Assembly: GCF_009914755.1 (NCBI RefSeq)
Contig: NC_060935.1
DNA length: 64,000 nucleotides
Direction: 5' to 3' (one strand)
DNA from: the human T2T-CHM13v2.0 reference genome, Homo sapiens
Shown: piece by piece, positions 1 to 21,075 of the stretch
How the letters are laid out: each line of letters begins with the position of its first letter
Position numbering within the stretch: position 1 is the stretch's first letter
Program-made: the position numbers and the translations under genes
The notes under the pieces: generated by a model
Seen by the model: only the letters and a program-made list of their open reading frames with translations
Told to the model about the DNA's origin: nothing
Database searches by the model: none

Positions 1-229
1 GAAGTCTCAATGATAACTGGGAAATGTTTTTCTTCCTCTTTATCTAACTATATTACACTTATCCATCAGGTTTCATTGTATTAATCTATCCTTTGAGGTA
101 ATACTATTTGACCTTCTATGCTGGGCTTTATTTTGCAATTCTCACCACAGATATAAATAATCCTTCATTATTAGTGTGCTCGTCTACATTGAAATACACA
201 ATGTGATCAGAACAATGCTGGATTAATTG

Positions 230-1190
230 AAATTTTTTTTAAAAAGTAACTAAATATTGACTCCTACCTCAAACCATACACAGTCATTTCCAGATAGATT
301 GAAGTCCTGAAAGGAAGGGGAACCTGATACAATATTCTCATAAGGATTTCTTAACCAGGGCACAAATTAATAATTAAAACAATTAGTTCATTTATATTGA
401 TAATGATGACTTCTGTGTTTCAAAAAACATTATGCAAACCAGTAGTGGAGAAAGATATTCACCCCAACATACATAAAGTAAAATATAATACATGTATATG
501 ATGAATACTTAAATTGTAATAAATAAAAGACAGTGAACTCAACAGAAGATTGGCTAAAATATCTGAACAGACACTTTACAGAATTGGATACATAAGTAAC
601 TAGCCAAATATAAAAAAGTGCTCACTTTCATTAGTCTTACAAAAGTAAGAATTAATCCACCAGTTGTACCACAGGCCCTCATAAAAAAATACCAAAATTT
701 AAAGACACAATATTGTGTGTTGTCAAAGATACAGAATAAATGAAATTTATTCATGGCTGGAGAGATGTAAATGGAAATCCCTTTTGGGAAACTGACTATT
801 AGCATTTCTTATGGGCTAGATATTCTAATTCTAAAATATAGTCAACTGATTGCCTACATATACTTCAACATACACAATATTGTTCACTGCATCAATTTTT
901 ATAGTAGCTCCAAATTAGACCCAAAATATTCTTCAACTGTAGAATAGCTAAATAAATTTGGTGTATTTATGCAAAATAATCCTATAAAACAATAAATAAC
1001 TCACTGAATGCAACAAAGCTGATGAATCTCAGAAACAAGTTAATAAACATATGCCAATTTAAACGATAAAATTGAAGTTAAGAAAAGACTTTTCCATGTA
1101 TATAATATATTGGTAATTGTAAGCTCTTTATGGGTTCCATAATTACATGAACGCTGTGGAATTATAACTTTTAAGACCCAAAATGTCAAA
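230..1190 (+). mobile_element. Old, degenerate L1M-type LINE fragment (ORF2 3' end/3'UTR)
   Basis: Decayed L1 ORF2 3' motifs: ttgactcctacctcaaaccatacaca ~257, ctgaacagacacttta ~563, attgttcactgcatcaatttttatagtagctccaaattagac ~880. Boundaries approximate. Confidence 0.6.
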
Positions 1191-1219
1191 TAATGCATAA
1201 GGTAGTAGAATAAAATAGG

Positions 1220-1512
1220 AGCCCAGGCATGGTGGCACACACCTCCAATCCCACCACTTGGGGAGACCAAGGAGTGAGAATGGCTTGTGGCCAGGAGTTC
1301 CAGACCAGTGGAGGCAACACAGTGAGACCTCATGTCTACTAAACATTCCTTTAGAAATCAGCCTGGCATGATGGCACATGCTATAGTCCCAGCTACTCAG
1401 GGGGCTGATGCAGCACGATGGCTCGTGCCCAGAAGGTCCAGGCTGCAGTGAGCCATGGTGGTGCCCTGCAGTCCAGCCTGTGACAGAATGACAGTCTGTC
1501 TCATAATAAAAC
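1220..1512 (+). mobile_element. Alu (old, AluJ-like)
   Basis: Dimeric Alu with many substitutions and a short A tail. Confidence 0.85.
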
Positions 1513-1860
1513 AAACTATAATTACTTGATATAACACAAACCAATATATTATAAATACGCTAATTATAGGTATTTTAAATATTGATTTATTTAAAATAAC
1601 TGAGAAAGCTGGGATAGCTACATGTTTGCTTAGACCAGACAAAAGTGCCTTGGGAAGTAAGTTTAAAGTATTTTTATTAGAGTAAGTGAGGATGAAGTGC
1701 TTTATTACCAATGTGATACACACCAGAATCTGCTATGAATAGTCTCATGTCTAGAGGATTTGTGGATATCTAGGTAAGCAGTAATTATTGGGTGCCTGAA
1801 GCCTAGCAGATGCATATTCAGTGTGTCTTCTCTGGAGATGTCTTCTCTGGAAAGTTTGAT

Positions 1861-7979
<6,119 letters not shown>

Positions 7980-9377
7980 AAGTTTGATTTTTAAATGATT
8001 TTTAACTTCCCATGGCGGAAACAGGAAGGAATGCCTGGCAATCCAACAAGGGTCAGATGCCACATCAACCTGAGCAGAAGCTGCCTAACCCTGGCTATTC
8101 CAACGACAATTAGACGTTCTTGGGAAGGTGGAGCCCTTTGTGGGAGCTCCACAAAGTGGCCACTTAAAGGTGACCGAGGCCTCTCAAAATCCCTGTGTTA
8201 GAGCTGCAGCTCTCCATGTGGGCTGCAGTGCAGTCACCAATGGAGCTTTAGGACAGGCCCAGAGCTCATCTCCCTGGACCAGTGCCTTGAGAATTTTCGC
8301 AGCAGGGATAGCCAGCTTGGAGAAGTGTGCCTGGGAGACCATGTGGCACTGCCTGGCTGGGTCCTCAGCTGACAGAGGTGAGGGTAGGGCTCATGGTGAC
8401 TTGGTAACGCTGTGAATTAGGTACGTGTAGCAGGAAGGTGCCACAATGCCAAGGCCCCATGTTTTGGAAATTCCATGAGGTCCACATGAGGTTGAACTAA
8501 ACACCAAGTGCAGTCCTCAAAGGAAAAATAAAATAAATACCCACATAAGGGACTCTTTGGAACTGAGTCTGGAAGAGAGGGCTGCCTGGTCCACTCCAGG
8601 AGAATTTGCCTAAAACAAGTTTGCTTCCCACTGCATTCTCTTTGCTTGTTGTAAACATCACCTCCTCCCCATTCCTTTATTTTGCATCATTCTGGGCTCC
8701 TTACTCTTGTTGCATCCTTTATTACATTTTAAGGATGCCTGGATTCGATTTACTTGAGTGCATATATGGCTTAATTTTGTATTTCTGTTAATCATTTATT
8801 ATATTTCCCCCATTTTATCGAATGACACGTTTGTCTCATATCTTTTTTTAATATGTTAAAGATTTTGTATCCAGTTTATCTAAAACTCCTTGCTTAAAGT
8901 GAGTTTAATTCTAGCAATACCTACATGCTTATCTTTGCATTGTTTTATAATTTGACGATAAAAGTTTTTCCCCAATATACGACTGTATGGATAACACTTT
9001 TTAAAAAGATACAATAAAATCTGATCTCTCTGTCTCACTTGATCATGTGGCTGAACGAGTCAATCCCTCCAACAAATAGAAATATCCAGCATCACTTAAT
9101 CTAATTAATAAAAACATCCAGTGTGCACGTGCACCCATGATGAGAAGAAAAGACAAAGCAAACAGCCCAAAAGGAGAGAATCCCATGATTTCTGTGTAAA
9201 CTCCTACAGATATCATAAATATTTATTGCTAGGAACAGTATTTTAAATAAAAGGTCTTCAGGCAATTGTATTAAAACTGCCTTGGATACAAGAGGTCCTA
9301 TAACTTGTAAAAATTGGCAAATTGGATAACGATTAAAAATACAAAATTACACAGAAAATACCCTTTAATAAATTGAT

Positions 9378-9696
<319 letters not shown>

Positions 9697-9809
9697 TAAA
9701 GGGAGCCTTTTAGGCAACATGCCCGCTAGGTGTACTGATTGCTAGGGTGGCTGGTGTCAGGCGAATCGATGTGGCTCCCCCAGCCCCTTCCTGGGAGCAT
9801 CCTAGAGAG

Positions 9810-10830
9810 ATAGCGCGGAAATACACGCGGCCCGGTGGTCCCGGGAGCAGCCACGGTGCCCAGCCCCGCGGCCTTGCCCTGCCCTCAAACCCCGTGTCAA
9901 GCACCCGCGGACTCTCACGTCCTCTTCTTCCAGGGCAGCGGGCGCTTCTCCTGCACCTTGGCCTGGCGCTTCTTCTCGGCCTCCTCCGCCTCGGGTTTCT
10001 CCTCCTTGGCCACCTTGTTATGCCACTTGGGTATCTGCAGGTGGCCGCTGTCCTTGGTGCTGCCCTTCCGCGCTGCCCTCTTGGGCTGGAAGGTGGGCGC
10101 GGGTGCCTTGCTGAGGCGGACCCGGGGCACCACCATGCCTGGCCACAAGCTGCTCCGCCGCAGGCGCTGCAGGGGCAGGAGGCTGGCCTTCCGCAGGGAG
10201 GGGTCGGCAGAGCCCCAGGACCCCGGCAGCGGGGCAGGTGGGAGGCCGGCTCTTGGGGATTCCTCACGGGAGCCCGCCGCCTCTAGGCCAGGCCGCTTGT
10301 GCTGCTCTGCGCCCTCCGTTTCGCCCGCCACCTGCGCCTGCCGCCCCCACCGACCCCACGCCGCGCCGCCAGAATTTCCTGAGTCGCCAGGATTTCCTGC
10401 ACCGCCAGCCGCCTCTTCCCCACGCACAGGGTCCTCTCGGGGCACACGGTCTGGCACGCGAAGGCCACGGCGGGGCTGTTAGAGGCTCGTGGTCATCCTG
10501 ACTATGTGGTCCAGGGCGCCCCGGTCCTCTGGGCCACGCACGGCGCCCGGCGTCAGCGCGGACAGCTCGCAGTTCCTGACCCTCTGCAGGCAGGCAGTTT
10601 TTGGAGCCCTCGGGCTTCTGCGCCCTCTCGTGGAGCGGAGGCAGCTCAAGCTGGTACTTTTCCCCCAACCGCTCCCGGCAGGGGCGCTCCAGGAGCCTCT
10701 GCATGAGGCGGACGTGTAAGTGGCCACTCCTCTGGCGACATCCCACGGCAGGGACCCTCGTGTGGACACCCGCCCCTACTAGCTCAGGGCTCCGATGTGA
10801 TCGGTTCGACCCTGCATGGCGGCTTTCAAC
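9810..10830. promoter_or_regulatory. CpG-rich island over the 3' coding part of the ANKRD33B retrocopy (second patch 11510-11935)
   Basis: Very GC-rich with abundant CG dinucleotides against AT-rich flanks; judged by eye. Confidence 0.7.
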
Positions 10831-11813
10831 CCAAACGCATCCCTCCTTCAAGGTCAAGACCCAGGACATAGTTCAACAAGTAGTTGGTGATGATAGCGTG
10901 CCCTGACTGGGCCAGAACAGCCTCTTTAGTAAAATAACGCAGGGAAGTCATGAAACAGATGCTCAGCTCCTTTCTTCATTTTCACTTTAATTCCGTGATG
11001 CCTCTGTGTCCGTCTGACGACATCTCTCCTGGGGTCTGGGACTCTGCTGGTCTTCAATGCCTACTGAGAAGGGTTCCTGGCCATTATCAGGCATGAAAAC
11101 CTCAAAGCCCTCCGTCCTCAACGTGGGATCCCTGGGCCAGCGGCATCAGCCTCACCAGGAAACCTGTTCTTCTGCTCATTCTTGGGCCCCACCCCAGGCC
11201 TATTCAAAGAAAGACTCCAGGGGCAGGGCCTGGCAGCCTGTTTCCACCAGATCTGTGTTAAAGCTCAAATGAACCAGCCCAGTTGATGCTGACGCAGGAA
11301 GGGCAAGGCTGAGAGCCAGTGTCTAAGGCAACAGTGCCCATGGGGCCAGGGGCAGTTCCTGCCTGTGCAGCTATGATTAGGGCTGCGTTCCCCTCCCTGT
11401 CCTGCCAGTTGACATCAATGTGGGGGTACTCAGCTAAGGCCACCACGGTATATCCACAAAGTCGTGGTATCAGGCGACATTAAGGCCAGTCCAGCCATTG
11501 TGGTCAGTCTCCCGCGCCTTCTTAAAGCTCACCCCACACCGCACCAGCGTCCGCCTCTGCCCCGCGCCTCCAGGACGCCCTCCTCCGGTACGCTCTCCAC
11601 GCCCTCGACGCCGTGCTCCTCCTCGTCCTGGAAAGGGTACAAAGAGTCGTCAGAGGCGACGCTGCGAGTGTCGGGCAGACTGGAGAAGTCCTGGAACTCT
11701 TTGAATTCAGTGCGGTCCTCCTCGACCTGTGCGCCTAGGAGTGGGGATGGCGGTGGCGGGATCATGCAGCGCGCCCCGCCACCCTGCGGCCGAGTCCCAG
11801 CCAGCAGCACCAT
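9915..11813 (-). pseudogene. ANKRD33B: ANKRD33B retrocopy (processed pseudogene, ANKRD33BP family)
   Basis: ATG at 11813 (MVLLAG...FSSLPDTRSVASDDSLYPF), ankyrin segment [41 protein letters not shown]-terminus [11 protein letters not shown]...PWKKRT* ending at 9915. Frameshifts and stops present; two junctions are intronless. Symbol is the parent gene. Confidence 0.92.
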
Positions 11814-12494
11814 GCCGGAGGCGTGGGCGGGGGATCGCGGCACCGTCCGGGAAAGCCTAGTGCCCGCCAAGGTCCCTGCTTCTCACTACTGAGACCCCAG
11901 AGAAGCCCTAGCTCCCGCCCCAAGCCCGGCGGAAACCTCCCTTCTTTTACATTATTAAGTTTGTTTTTACTTTAATTTTCTTAGGACATTGATAAAATCA
12001 CTTTCGGATTATTGGGATTAAAAATTAAATAATTTTCAACTTTACTCTTTTTTAAAATTCTCACAATTTATTTTAATGCTTTTATTCTTTTGTAAATTTT
12101 AATTATTGTAATTTATATCTTCAATTATTATGGAAGCATTTTAGAAAAGTCTTTTCACATAATAAAGTCTAATTAATGAACTATTATTTATTCTCTCCTC
12201 TATCTCAAATACGGACTTTAAACTTTTAGAACACTTTATGTTTTGAGACTCTTGTTACTTATGTGACATTTTAACTATTATTCTTCACTCTTCTAGTGAA
12301 TTTTTAATGTCATTCAAAGGGTACATCTTTCTATAGTGAGAATTAAACATAGTTCTCAAAAATATTCTCAGATATTTAGAATTTCATCTTCCACTGGCAT
12401 GTTAAGTATGTTCTCCTTCCCTTCTAATGCATATTTTTCCCCCAAGTCCTGGTGTTATACTCCTTTTTCGCCCTCCATTCAAGAGGTGATTTTA

Positions 12495-12630
12495 TTTATT
12501 TATTTACTTATTTATTCACTGAGGCAGAGTCTCACTCAGTCTGTCACCGAGGCTAGAGTGCAGTGGCATGATCTCCATTCATTGCTATCTTTGCCTCCTT
12601 GGTTCAAGTGATTATCCTGCCTCAGCCTCC
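12495..12630 (-). mobile_element. Truncated Alu arm
   Basis: (ttta)n tail followed by partial right-arm consensus. Confidence 0.75.
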
Positions 12631-14036
12631 ATAAAAAATCTGTAACCAGGCTATTGATAAATAACTTCTTTTAGGGATAAAAACCTCAGAAAGTTCAAGA
12701 TTTCTGGATTAATGATTGACAATGTTCTTAGTGGTCTCTCTGATTTATTTCAATTGTAAGTAATTCTTGGTGATATTCTAACATAAATTCTGACAGATGA
12801 AGATAATAAATGAATTAAGTATCTCTAGGAGAATCAATACAATAAGATTATCTTGGTTAAATGGTTGAGAAAACATGGTAAATAGACACAAAAACTTTTT
12901 CATCTTCCAAAATCAGAGTCAAATACTAAATGATCATAAAGTAGCTAATACTGTCTTTCTGCAAAGTGAATCTGAGCTAAATTAAAAGAATGTCAGGAAT
13001 AAATTTTTCCTTGAAAACTAGGAACAAATAATGTAATTAAATTATGAGGCATTGACTGCTGCATAGAGTTCTAGCATCAACAGAAAAGCTCACAAACCAT
13101 AGGAGAAAATCAAAAAAAGGAGTGCTGGGTTGGAGCCCTAAGGTGAATAATTTTATCATCTCAGATCGCTTGGAAAAAAGCAGCAAGTCCAAAAGAAGCT
13201 GGTGATAAGCTTTCTCTCTGCTAACCCCTAATGTTCTGCATGAAATGTGTGAAGGCAGAAGAGAGACAGTTTATTATAGTCTACATGGTATAGAGTGAAG
13301 GAATAAGAGAACATTTCTGATAAGTGTTTTCAAAATTTGGAGAATCATTCCTATCTAAATCATTCATTTAAGGGACTAAAATACAAGTATGATGTTTCTT
13401 GCCATCTAACCCTCAGCTAGCCAGGCTCTAAAAAGGACAACACTGGACACCTCGACAGTGGTAAAAAGCAGGGTTTACTCACTCTTGAATACTAAGAAAT
13501 GGTGCTAACCTTAGGCAGCAGCTTATCTATTTGGTTGAGGTTCAGCTTTGTTTCATTGAACAAATCTCTTGGGTTATTTTCAGTTGTGCCAGTCATTTAA
13601 TTTGTTTTCTGAATCAAATGATAAGAATAAATATGGTTTTGAGTGTAAACAGCATTCCCAGATATATCTTACAACTTGGTGTGCCATCTGCCTAATTTTG
13701 AACCTATAGGATGGGAATAAATGCATTGTGAAAAACACCAGGTGATTTCCTTAAAGCCAAATACTCTTGTCCCTCCTACTTTTCTTCCGGCTTTCCTGCT
13801 GCATGGGACATGGCAATAAATGGGAGTTTCCTGCACACAGAGGTAAAATTCACTGGTTGAAGATGTCAGTTTTCTTCTTGACCAACTCCTATATTGGTAC
13901 AAACATGTGAGAGAAATGCATCTTCTGAATCATTTCAAATTTGTGGTCTTTGTTAGAGCAGGTAAGCCGGTGCCCTAGGAGATGTAGCTATTACATTCTA
14001 TTATAGAATTTTCCATTCTCTGTCATCTGGATTCTT

Positions 14037-14485
<449 letters not shown>

Positions 14486-15149
14486 TCATCTTATATAGGA
14501 ACCTTCATCTTTCAAAGGTTTATATTAAAAAACCTAAGACAATTGAAATCAACCCTATAAAAATTATGCTACAATTATTTTAAACCCTAACATAATAGTA
14601 TTATCTTTGATATCAATCTGAAAATCAATTTATGTCTTATCTTTTGATAGATATTCATTAGTATGTTCTATCCTATTTTGTTACGTACATTTTGGAAAAG
14701 TTTCTCAATGTTAGAATAATATTTATACATACTAACTCCTCTACTTAATCCATTTATTCATCTTATTTATTGTATAATCTATTCTAAAAATCGCATTCGA
14801 TAATGGTAATATATTAGCAAAGAAGACAAATACTGCCATTGCCCCCTTGGACTTTTCAATCTGGTAGTAATAAGTATAAGAGTTTTCTGAATGTTATAAT
14901 CTGATATAATATACTTGAGAAGATGTAATAGCAGAGCAACCCAGCACTGAAAAACTTTTGTATGAGCTGAAATGAGATTAATAACTAGGATGTTGAGAAA
15001 TAATAAAGTCTGTGAGGTCAACTTAACTTGGTCAGACTTAGAAAGAAAATAAGCACACTTCTTTATTCTTTGTAAGATGAGATATCCACCAGTTCATTTT
15101 TCTACCCCAGCCTGGTTCAAATATACAAGTAAGACAAATGGTTTACAGT

Positions 15150-15460
15150 GTGCACAAACTGAAAACATACTCTCTGAAAAATAAATCAGATTAAAAAAAG
15201 AACTTATGTTGTATGATTTTATTTACCCGAATGCAAAAACATAAAAAGTAGATTAAGTGTTCTGAAGGAATGGGGGAGGGTGAATGCAGAATAAATGTTA
15301 AGGGGTATTGGGATTCTTCTGGAAGTGATAAAAGTGCCCAGGCAGAAGAGAGCTCTGATGGCTGCTCAAGTGTGATATACTAACAATCTCTGAATTAAAT
15401 ACATTAGAACATGACTTTCACAGTAAGTGAATGAATCTCAAAAAACTTGTACAAAAAAAG
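15150..15460 (+). mobile_element. Old L1M 3'-end fragment
   Basis: Decayed L1MB/ME-type 3' terminus motifs (tatgttgtatgattttattt...gattcttctggaagtgataaaagtg). Confidence 0.5.
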
Positions 15461-15679
15461 CCATTATTGATGTTCTAGTAAAGATTCCACAATAATTTAT
15501 TAATTAAAATAACTTAATTAATGAATGTATACATTCAAGGTGGTTATCCCATTTATAACCATAAAGTAATCACATTCCATGAAGTTACAGTGCGCTCACA
15601 GGCTCTCACACATAGTGTCTTAGGACAGTATTTGCCTTATATATGGGAGGTCACAATAAATCATCATGAAACCAACTTT

Positions 15680-18600
15680 TCATGTACAACCAAAGCAAAA
15701 GAAAGGCCTCAGAGGGGACGAGAAGGAGGAAGGAGGAAAACCATAGATAAGAGAACCTTTAGAAACATCAAAAAAACTCACAGATCCATTATCATAATCC
15801 AGAAACACCCCAACCCGACCCAGAGGCCTTTGCACATACTGAATTAAAGGTGGAGAGTTGGTGGAGAGACTATAGTGATTGCTCCTCTTTGAGGAAATTA
15901 AAAAAAATCTTTCATCAGAATCAATAATGATATTGGTATCTGCTGTTCTGGAATCTCGACAGACTCCCAGAATCCAGTTGGAGGAGAGGGTCACATCCAC
16001 CTCCCAGTAATGCTTGCCAGAGGTGAATGCTTGTGCTCCCCACACAGCAAAGCTGTCCACTCGCTGGGGATCCGTGGGAGCACTGAGATGGTCATCTCCA
16101 AATATCACATATCTCACATCCTCAGAAAGGCTTATATAGCAAGGAGTCATTTCCGTACTCAGAGCATTATCCACTGACAAGGAAAAAAATATTATATTAG
16201 TGAGTGTTATGAGGGACAGAGGCTCTGTGGCCCAATTATTCACTTCATTTGCTCTTCTTCCAAGAAAATACAGAAAAAAGGAAGCCAAGAGAGTTCAGCC
16301 CCATGCATCCATGAAGATGAAATGTTATTACACCTCTACAGCATATACAATTATGTATTATTCTTTTAATAATAGAGAAAAAATGTGACCATATCACTGG
16401 GCAAAGTAATGATTTAATGTCTATCTCTGCACAGTTTGTTTCAGAACATATCTAAAATGTATTTTTTTCTTCAATAGAAAAATCTTCTTGTATTATTTGT
16501 CTTTAAGATCATCAACAGGTAGACATCAATTTGCTGTGATGTGAGTATTTATTGGAATGTAAGTTATGCCTGCTATAGTCTCAAACATCAAAAATTTGGT
16601 AGAAATTAACACATGTAAAGTTTATAAGTTTCTGAAAAGAATATTCTGGCTTTACATTATCTGTTTAGCCCCTGATTCAATCTACTCTGGGTTCCTGCTC
16701 TCTGCTACCTAGATCTGCTCTCTAGAATGGGCCTAGCATGGTTAGGTCATGTTCACAGATCCCTCACCTTCTGCTTGTTACGAGATGTTTCTGATGGCAT
16801 TAGAATTGTCTGGATTATGGATATTTTAGTCATTTTCTTTGTTGATCAAAATGTTCTGATTTTGTAAATAATAAAAATTACTTATAGAATGCATGTAAAT
16901 GCACATAGAATAGAAATAATTAAAAACCATTATGCCAAATCTAAGCCTTCAAAATTGAATTAAATTGAATAAACACGAAATACCGATGCCGCCATGAGAA
17001 CTAGTGTCTTCATAACTACATGACCTGAATATTCTTTGTCCTCTTATTCTGCAGATAAAGTATGTATCTTGCTTTACATTTTCGTCAAACTGTAAGTCAG
17101 GAAATTGAGTTTTGATCATTGTAATATTACTATGCAGGTAGGGAAGATGCACATGTTTCGGAAAACTATGTATTACCTACATGTCAAAACTAACAAAACT
17201 TAAATGGGAAAAGCCTCAACCAAGGGAACCAATAAGGAAATAATTTGAGGCTGGAATGCCAAGCAGCTGGCTCTTACCTCTGAAGTTGTTGAGCATGTCT
17301 AGGACTCCAGTTATGCACCATGAAGTGAGCTCTGGGTTCACTGGCTGGGGCTTTTGCATCTGTGCCAAATCAGTCCTGCAAAAAAAATGGCCTCAGTTAT
17401 ATTTCCAGGCCCAGAGCTAATCACACAGTCATACAAAGATATCACATTTTCATATAAGATGTTTCCTCAGAATTCTGCCAGTTTTGGTTAACTGGGTATA
17501 CACTTTATTCCACACTCTAGGGGCAATAAGGATGTTACTTTTTCTAAATTTTACTTGCATAAAAACCCAGTTTCCCCAGATATGTTATTCTCAGACATTA
17601 TACAACTTCTAAAGTCATTAAAAGTCATTGCCTCCCTCTGCCCATCACACCCCTTGAGGGTATGCAGAAATCCTGGAAATATTTCAGAGAGCAGAAAACT
17701 CAGACAAAAACCTTTGGGACCTCAGCCTGCAGTTGTCACTAATGCTAGTCAGTGTCTAACAGAGAATGTTCACTGAGGCAAAAGTCTTTAATCTTTTGTG
17801 CAAAACAAAGGAGTCTAATTCCAGCCTGAGAACCTTGCTGCTGAGGGGCCCGAGGTAACCATTTTCCTGAGGTCTTTCCTAGAACTGGGTGTATGGTGAT
17901 GGAGGAGGCCCGGGTCATTGATGCTTTTAGGAGCAAAACATCCCTCCTCAGCCCTTCCTTAGGGAATCTCTCTCCTCCCTCTGTCTTTTTTTTTTTTTAA
18001 CCTCCCACCCCTCTAGAGTAGAAGACACCTCTATGATTCCTCAGAGTAATTTTGTATTAAGATCTGTGGGGTATGGTTGGTCAGGATGGATGGATTGGGA
18101 AACCAAACTTCCGAATGGCAAATTGTTTCTATGTATATTTTAATTCATACAAATTGTAAGATGGAAACTTTCCAGACCAAAGAGAAGAAGACCTCAGGCC
18201 CTCTTTTGAAACAAAATCGGAAATAGGCACTGAGAATGATGTCAGTACCTCAAAATGTATACATCCCCTTCATTCACAAGAGAACAAATTTTTCAGAAAT
18301 AACATTTTTTTTTAGTGTAAACTCACCTTGCCGATACATTTCCCACATGCTGCAAAAAAATATATATATAATGTTAATTATGAGAGATTTTTCCTTCTGC
18401 ATCTTTTCTCATACTCTTGTTTCTTTCTGTTTTAGTGTTTTAATAATGTATATCTTTTTATTTCCCTCTAAGGAATCATTCAAGGCTATGTTAATAACAG
18501 AACCTCAACTAAACAATGAAAAGCTTCATCAGTGGGCATTAAGAAGAAAGGAGCTCAGCAAGAGAAGATGGAGTAAAGCAAAGATATCTAGGTTTCCAGT

Positions 18601-21075
18601 GTCATTAATTTCCTAACCTTATTTCCAAGGAAAGCTCTGACCACACATGACAACTATTAAAACAGAGAACCATATGAGAAACAGAGTACATGGACATTGA
18701 TGAGCAGCTTTGACAAACCTTGCCCAGGCAAGGGGAAACCCCTCAATGTCTTCAGCAAATCACTGCTGTGTGGGACATTAGAGAGTGAGGAGGAACTAGG
18801 GCATATACATGGATATTACTAACCTTCCCCTGGCCTAGAGTTCTAATGATCTTAGATGATCTCTCTTGTGGATAGTACTCCAAATTATATTGAAGAGAAC
18901 TGTGTTATATGTTATCTACTAAATTGGCAAAAATTTCCCAAAGATTACTAAAGTATGCAGTAATAAATGACTGGAAAAATGTAATGGTGGAAGTCAGACA
19001 GCATGTGTCACTTAGCTTAGAGCAGTGACATACGCAGGTGATATTTGCATGTCCTGGCAGCGTTGTTCAGCAAAGGCTTCCTGTCTCTGAGGATGGACCC
19101 TCCCTCCTCACCTGGAGCAGCTCCACGTCAGGCATGTGGCATGTCTCCCACAGCTCTCTGTACATGTCTTTCATCCTTTCTAAATGTTGGGTCATTCTCA
19201 CTTGACTGTCTTGTAGTTGTTGGAAAAGCTCTTTTGCTTCTCTTTCCAGTGCCTGCAGATGCAGTTGCTCCTCCTCATTGAGAAATAGATGCATCTTTTG
19301 ATACTGAATAGTGATTATCCTCTTCCTTAATGACACATAGTCCTGCAGAGATGTTTGGTTAAAAGGATTACATATTCTCACTCTCAATAGAAAACTTCAA
19401 ATAATTATATGCAGCGTGTAATTAAGCAATTTATAAACTTTCTGCCTCACTCTTGCAAAGAGTCTTGAATATTTGCTATCTTTTTCTGTCCATCTTTTTC
19501 AATGTTCCTATTCTCTCTCCCTTTTTAAATCAAACCTATATAAAGACTCCTGGTTTCCGTCACTGTGACGCTTCTTCACAGTTCTTACTGGGTCAATTGT
19601 TTCCTCTATTAATCTCTCTTTTAGGATTTTTCCATGTCTGCTTCGCCTACATGTTAAAAAACATTTAGCCATACACCATATTATGCAGTTTTTTTTTACT
19701 TTTACTATATTTTTACTCTATATACTATTCTATTTCTTTCATCTTCCTCACACCCAAACTTAGTGAAATGTTGTCTCATCTGCAGTGTCTGAAAAGGTTT
19801 ATGCCAACCTTCAAATTTGAACTAGAATACACATCATGCCGTTTATCCAATACACTAGAATTAATTTGGCTAGCTTGTGTGGGCTTCTCTGTTTGCAATT
19901 CCTGTTATATCAATTGAAATCACTACATTTTCTTGGGATGAAATCACTATCTTTTAACTGGTAGTTTGAATTTAGCTAAAAAGTATAAGCCAACTTTGTG
20001 TTTATTTGCGTAAAAACAAAGGAAACATTTTCATTCTTACCACTAATGAACAAAATTTGCTAGTTTCCTGATTTAGATTGTTTCGTGTCTCTTGATTGAT
20101 TTTCCATAAATAGTCCATTTCCTTTATAAGTTTCTCCTGCAAAAGAAGCAAGAAGCTTAGCAATGATGAAGACAGTAGATTTCATCCCCTTATCAATAAA
20201 AAAAAAGGCTGTAATTGAAAGAAACATAAATTAAGTTAGAGTGAAGCGGTCAGATTTTTCCAAGTTAAACGAATATGATTCTAATAATTTGGATGTGAAA
20301 AATGATAGAAACATAATAGAGAGTTTTAAGGGACCCTTCAGATAATATCATCAATTTTCTGAGAAACTGGCTTTTATATAACCTGACTTTGAAAAGTGTT
20401 CTTGGTGCTGGCCACCAGCTCCACAGCTCCATTCTATATGTTTGAACAATGTTTTTAAGGAAACCTCCTTTAGCGAAGTCTCAACACAGCTGTGATTAGA
20501 GTGCCAAATTAGCCAGCAACATTGAAAGGACACATTCATGTGTTATGATTGACATGGAATAATCACCACCTCCATCATCTGCATTCTCATCACCATCATT
20601 GTCACAGGCCCTCATCATTCTTATTTGGGATTCTGTATAATTCAAACTGCCTTAGAGGCATCACGTACCCTGCATTCCTCAGCAGCCCATCCTATTGGGC
20701 TGTGGCTGTGAGCCATGTGCTCTGGTGACTCAGAGCAGGGCCCACAGAGCAATCTCTTGTCAGCCTCACAGAAGAGCTCCTTAGTCTCCGCATGGAGCAC
20801 ACAGATATTGTCTGAGCTGTTGATGTTCTGAGGTCTGGTCTGTCTGGCTAGGGAAGACAGCTTTTTGAGTACCACATTGGTGTTGAAGTTGGGCTTCTCT
20901 GAGATTTTTCTGCATGAAGGGCAGCGCATTGGTGCTCTGCCTTCTTCTGAGCAGAGGCAGAGGCAGGGCCTGCAAAAGCTGTGCCCACAGTCAATGGTGA
21001 CCGGTCTATGAAGTAGTTCACGCAAATGCAGCAAATGAGCTCATTCTGGAAGACTCGCAGGGCATCAGAATCCAT
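15680..21075 (-). pseudogene. TRIM64EP: TRIM64-family unprocessed pseudogene (RING, B-box, coiled-coil, PRY/SPRY)
   Basis: Exons 21075-20669 (MDSDALRVFQNELICCICVNYFID...EECR), 20136-20041 (96 nt), 19342-19112 (231), 18349-18327 (23), 17375-17278 (98), 16173-15680 (...LRPFFCFGCT*). All junctions GT-AG. 1-bp deletion at ~21003. AATAAA on the minus strand at 15501-15496. The copy letter is inferred from proximity to UBTFL1. Confidence 0.93.

Noticed and set aside
1-230. Possible 3' end of an upstream TRIM gene
   Set aside because: No coding sequence in the window to support it.
9710-10906. Long overlapping ORFs (179-215 aa) on both strands
   Set aside because: Stop-poor GC-rich alternative frames of the ANKRD33B retrocopy; no independent gene signal.
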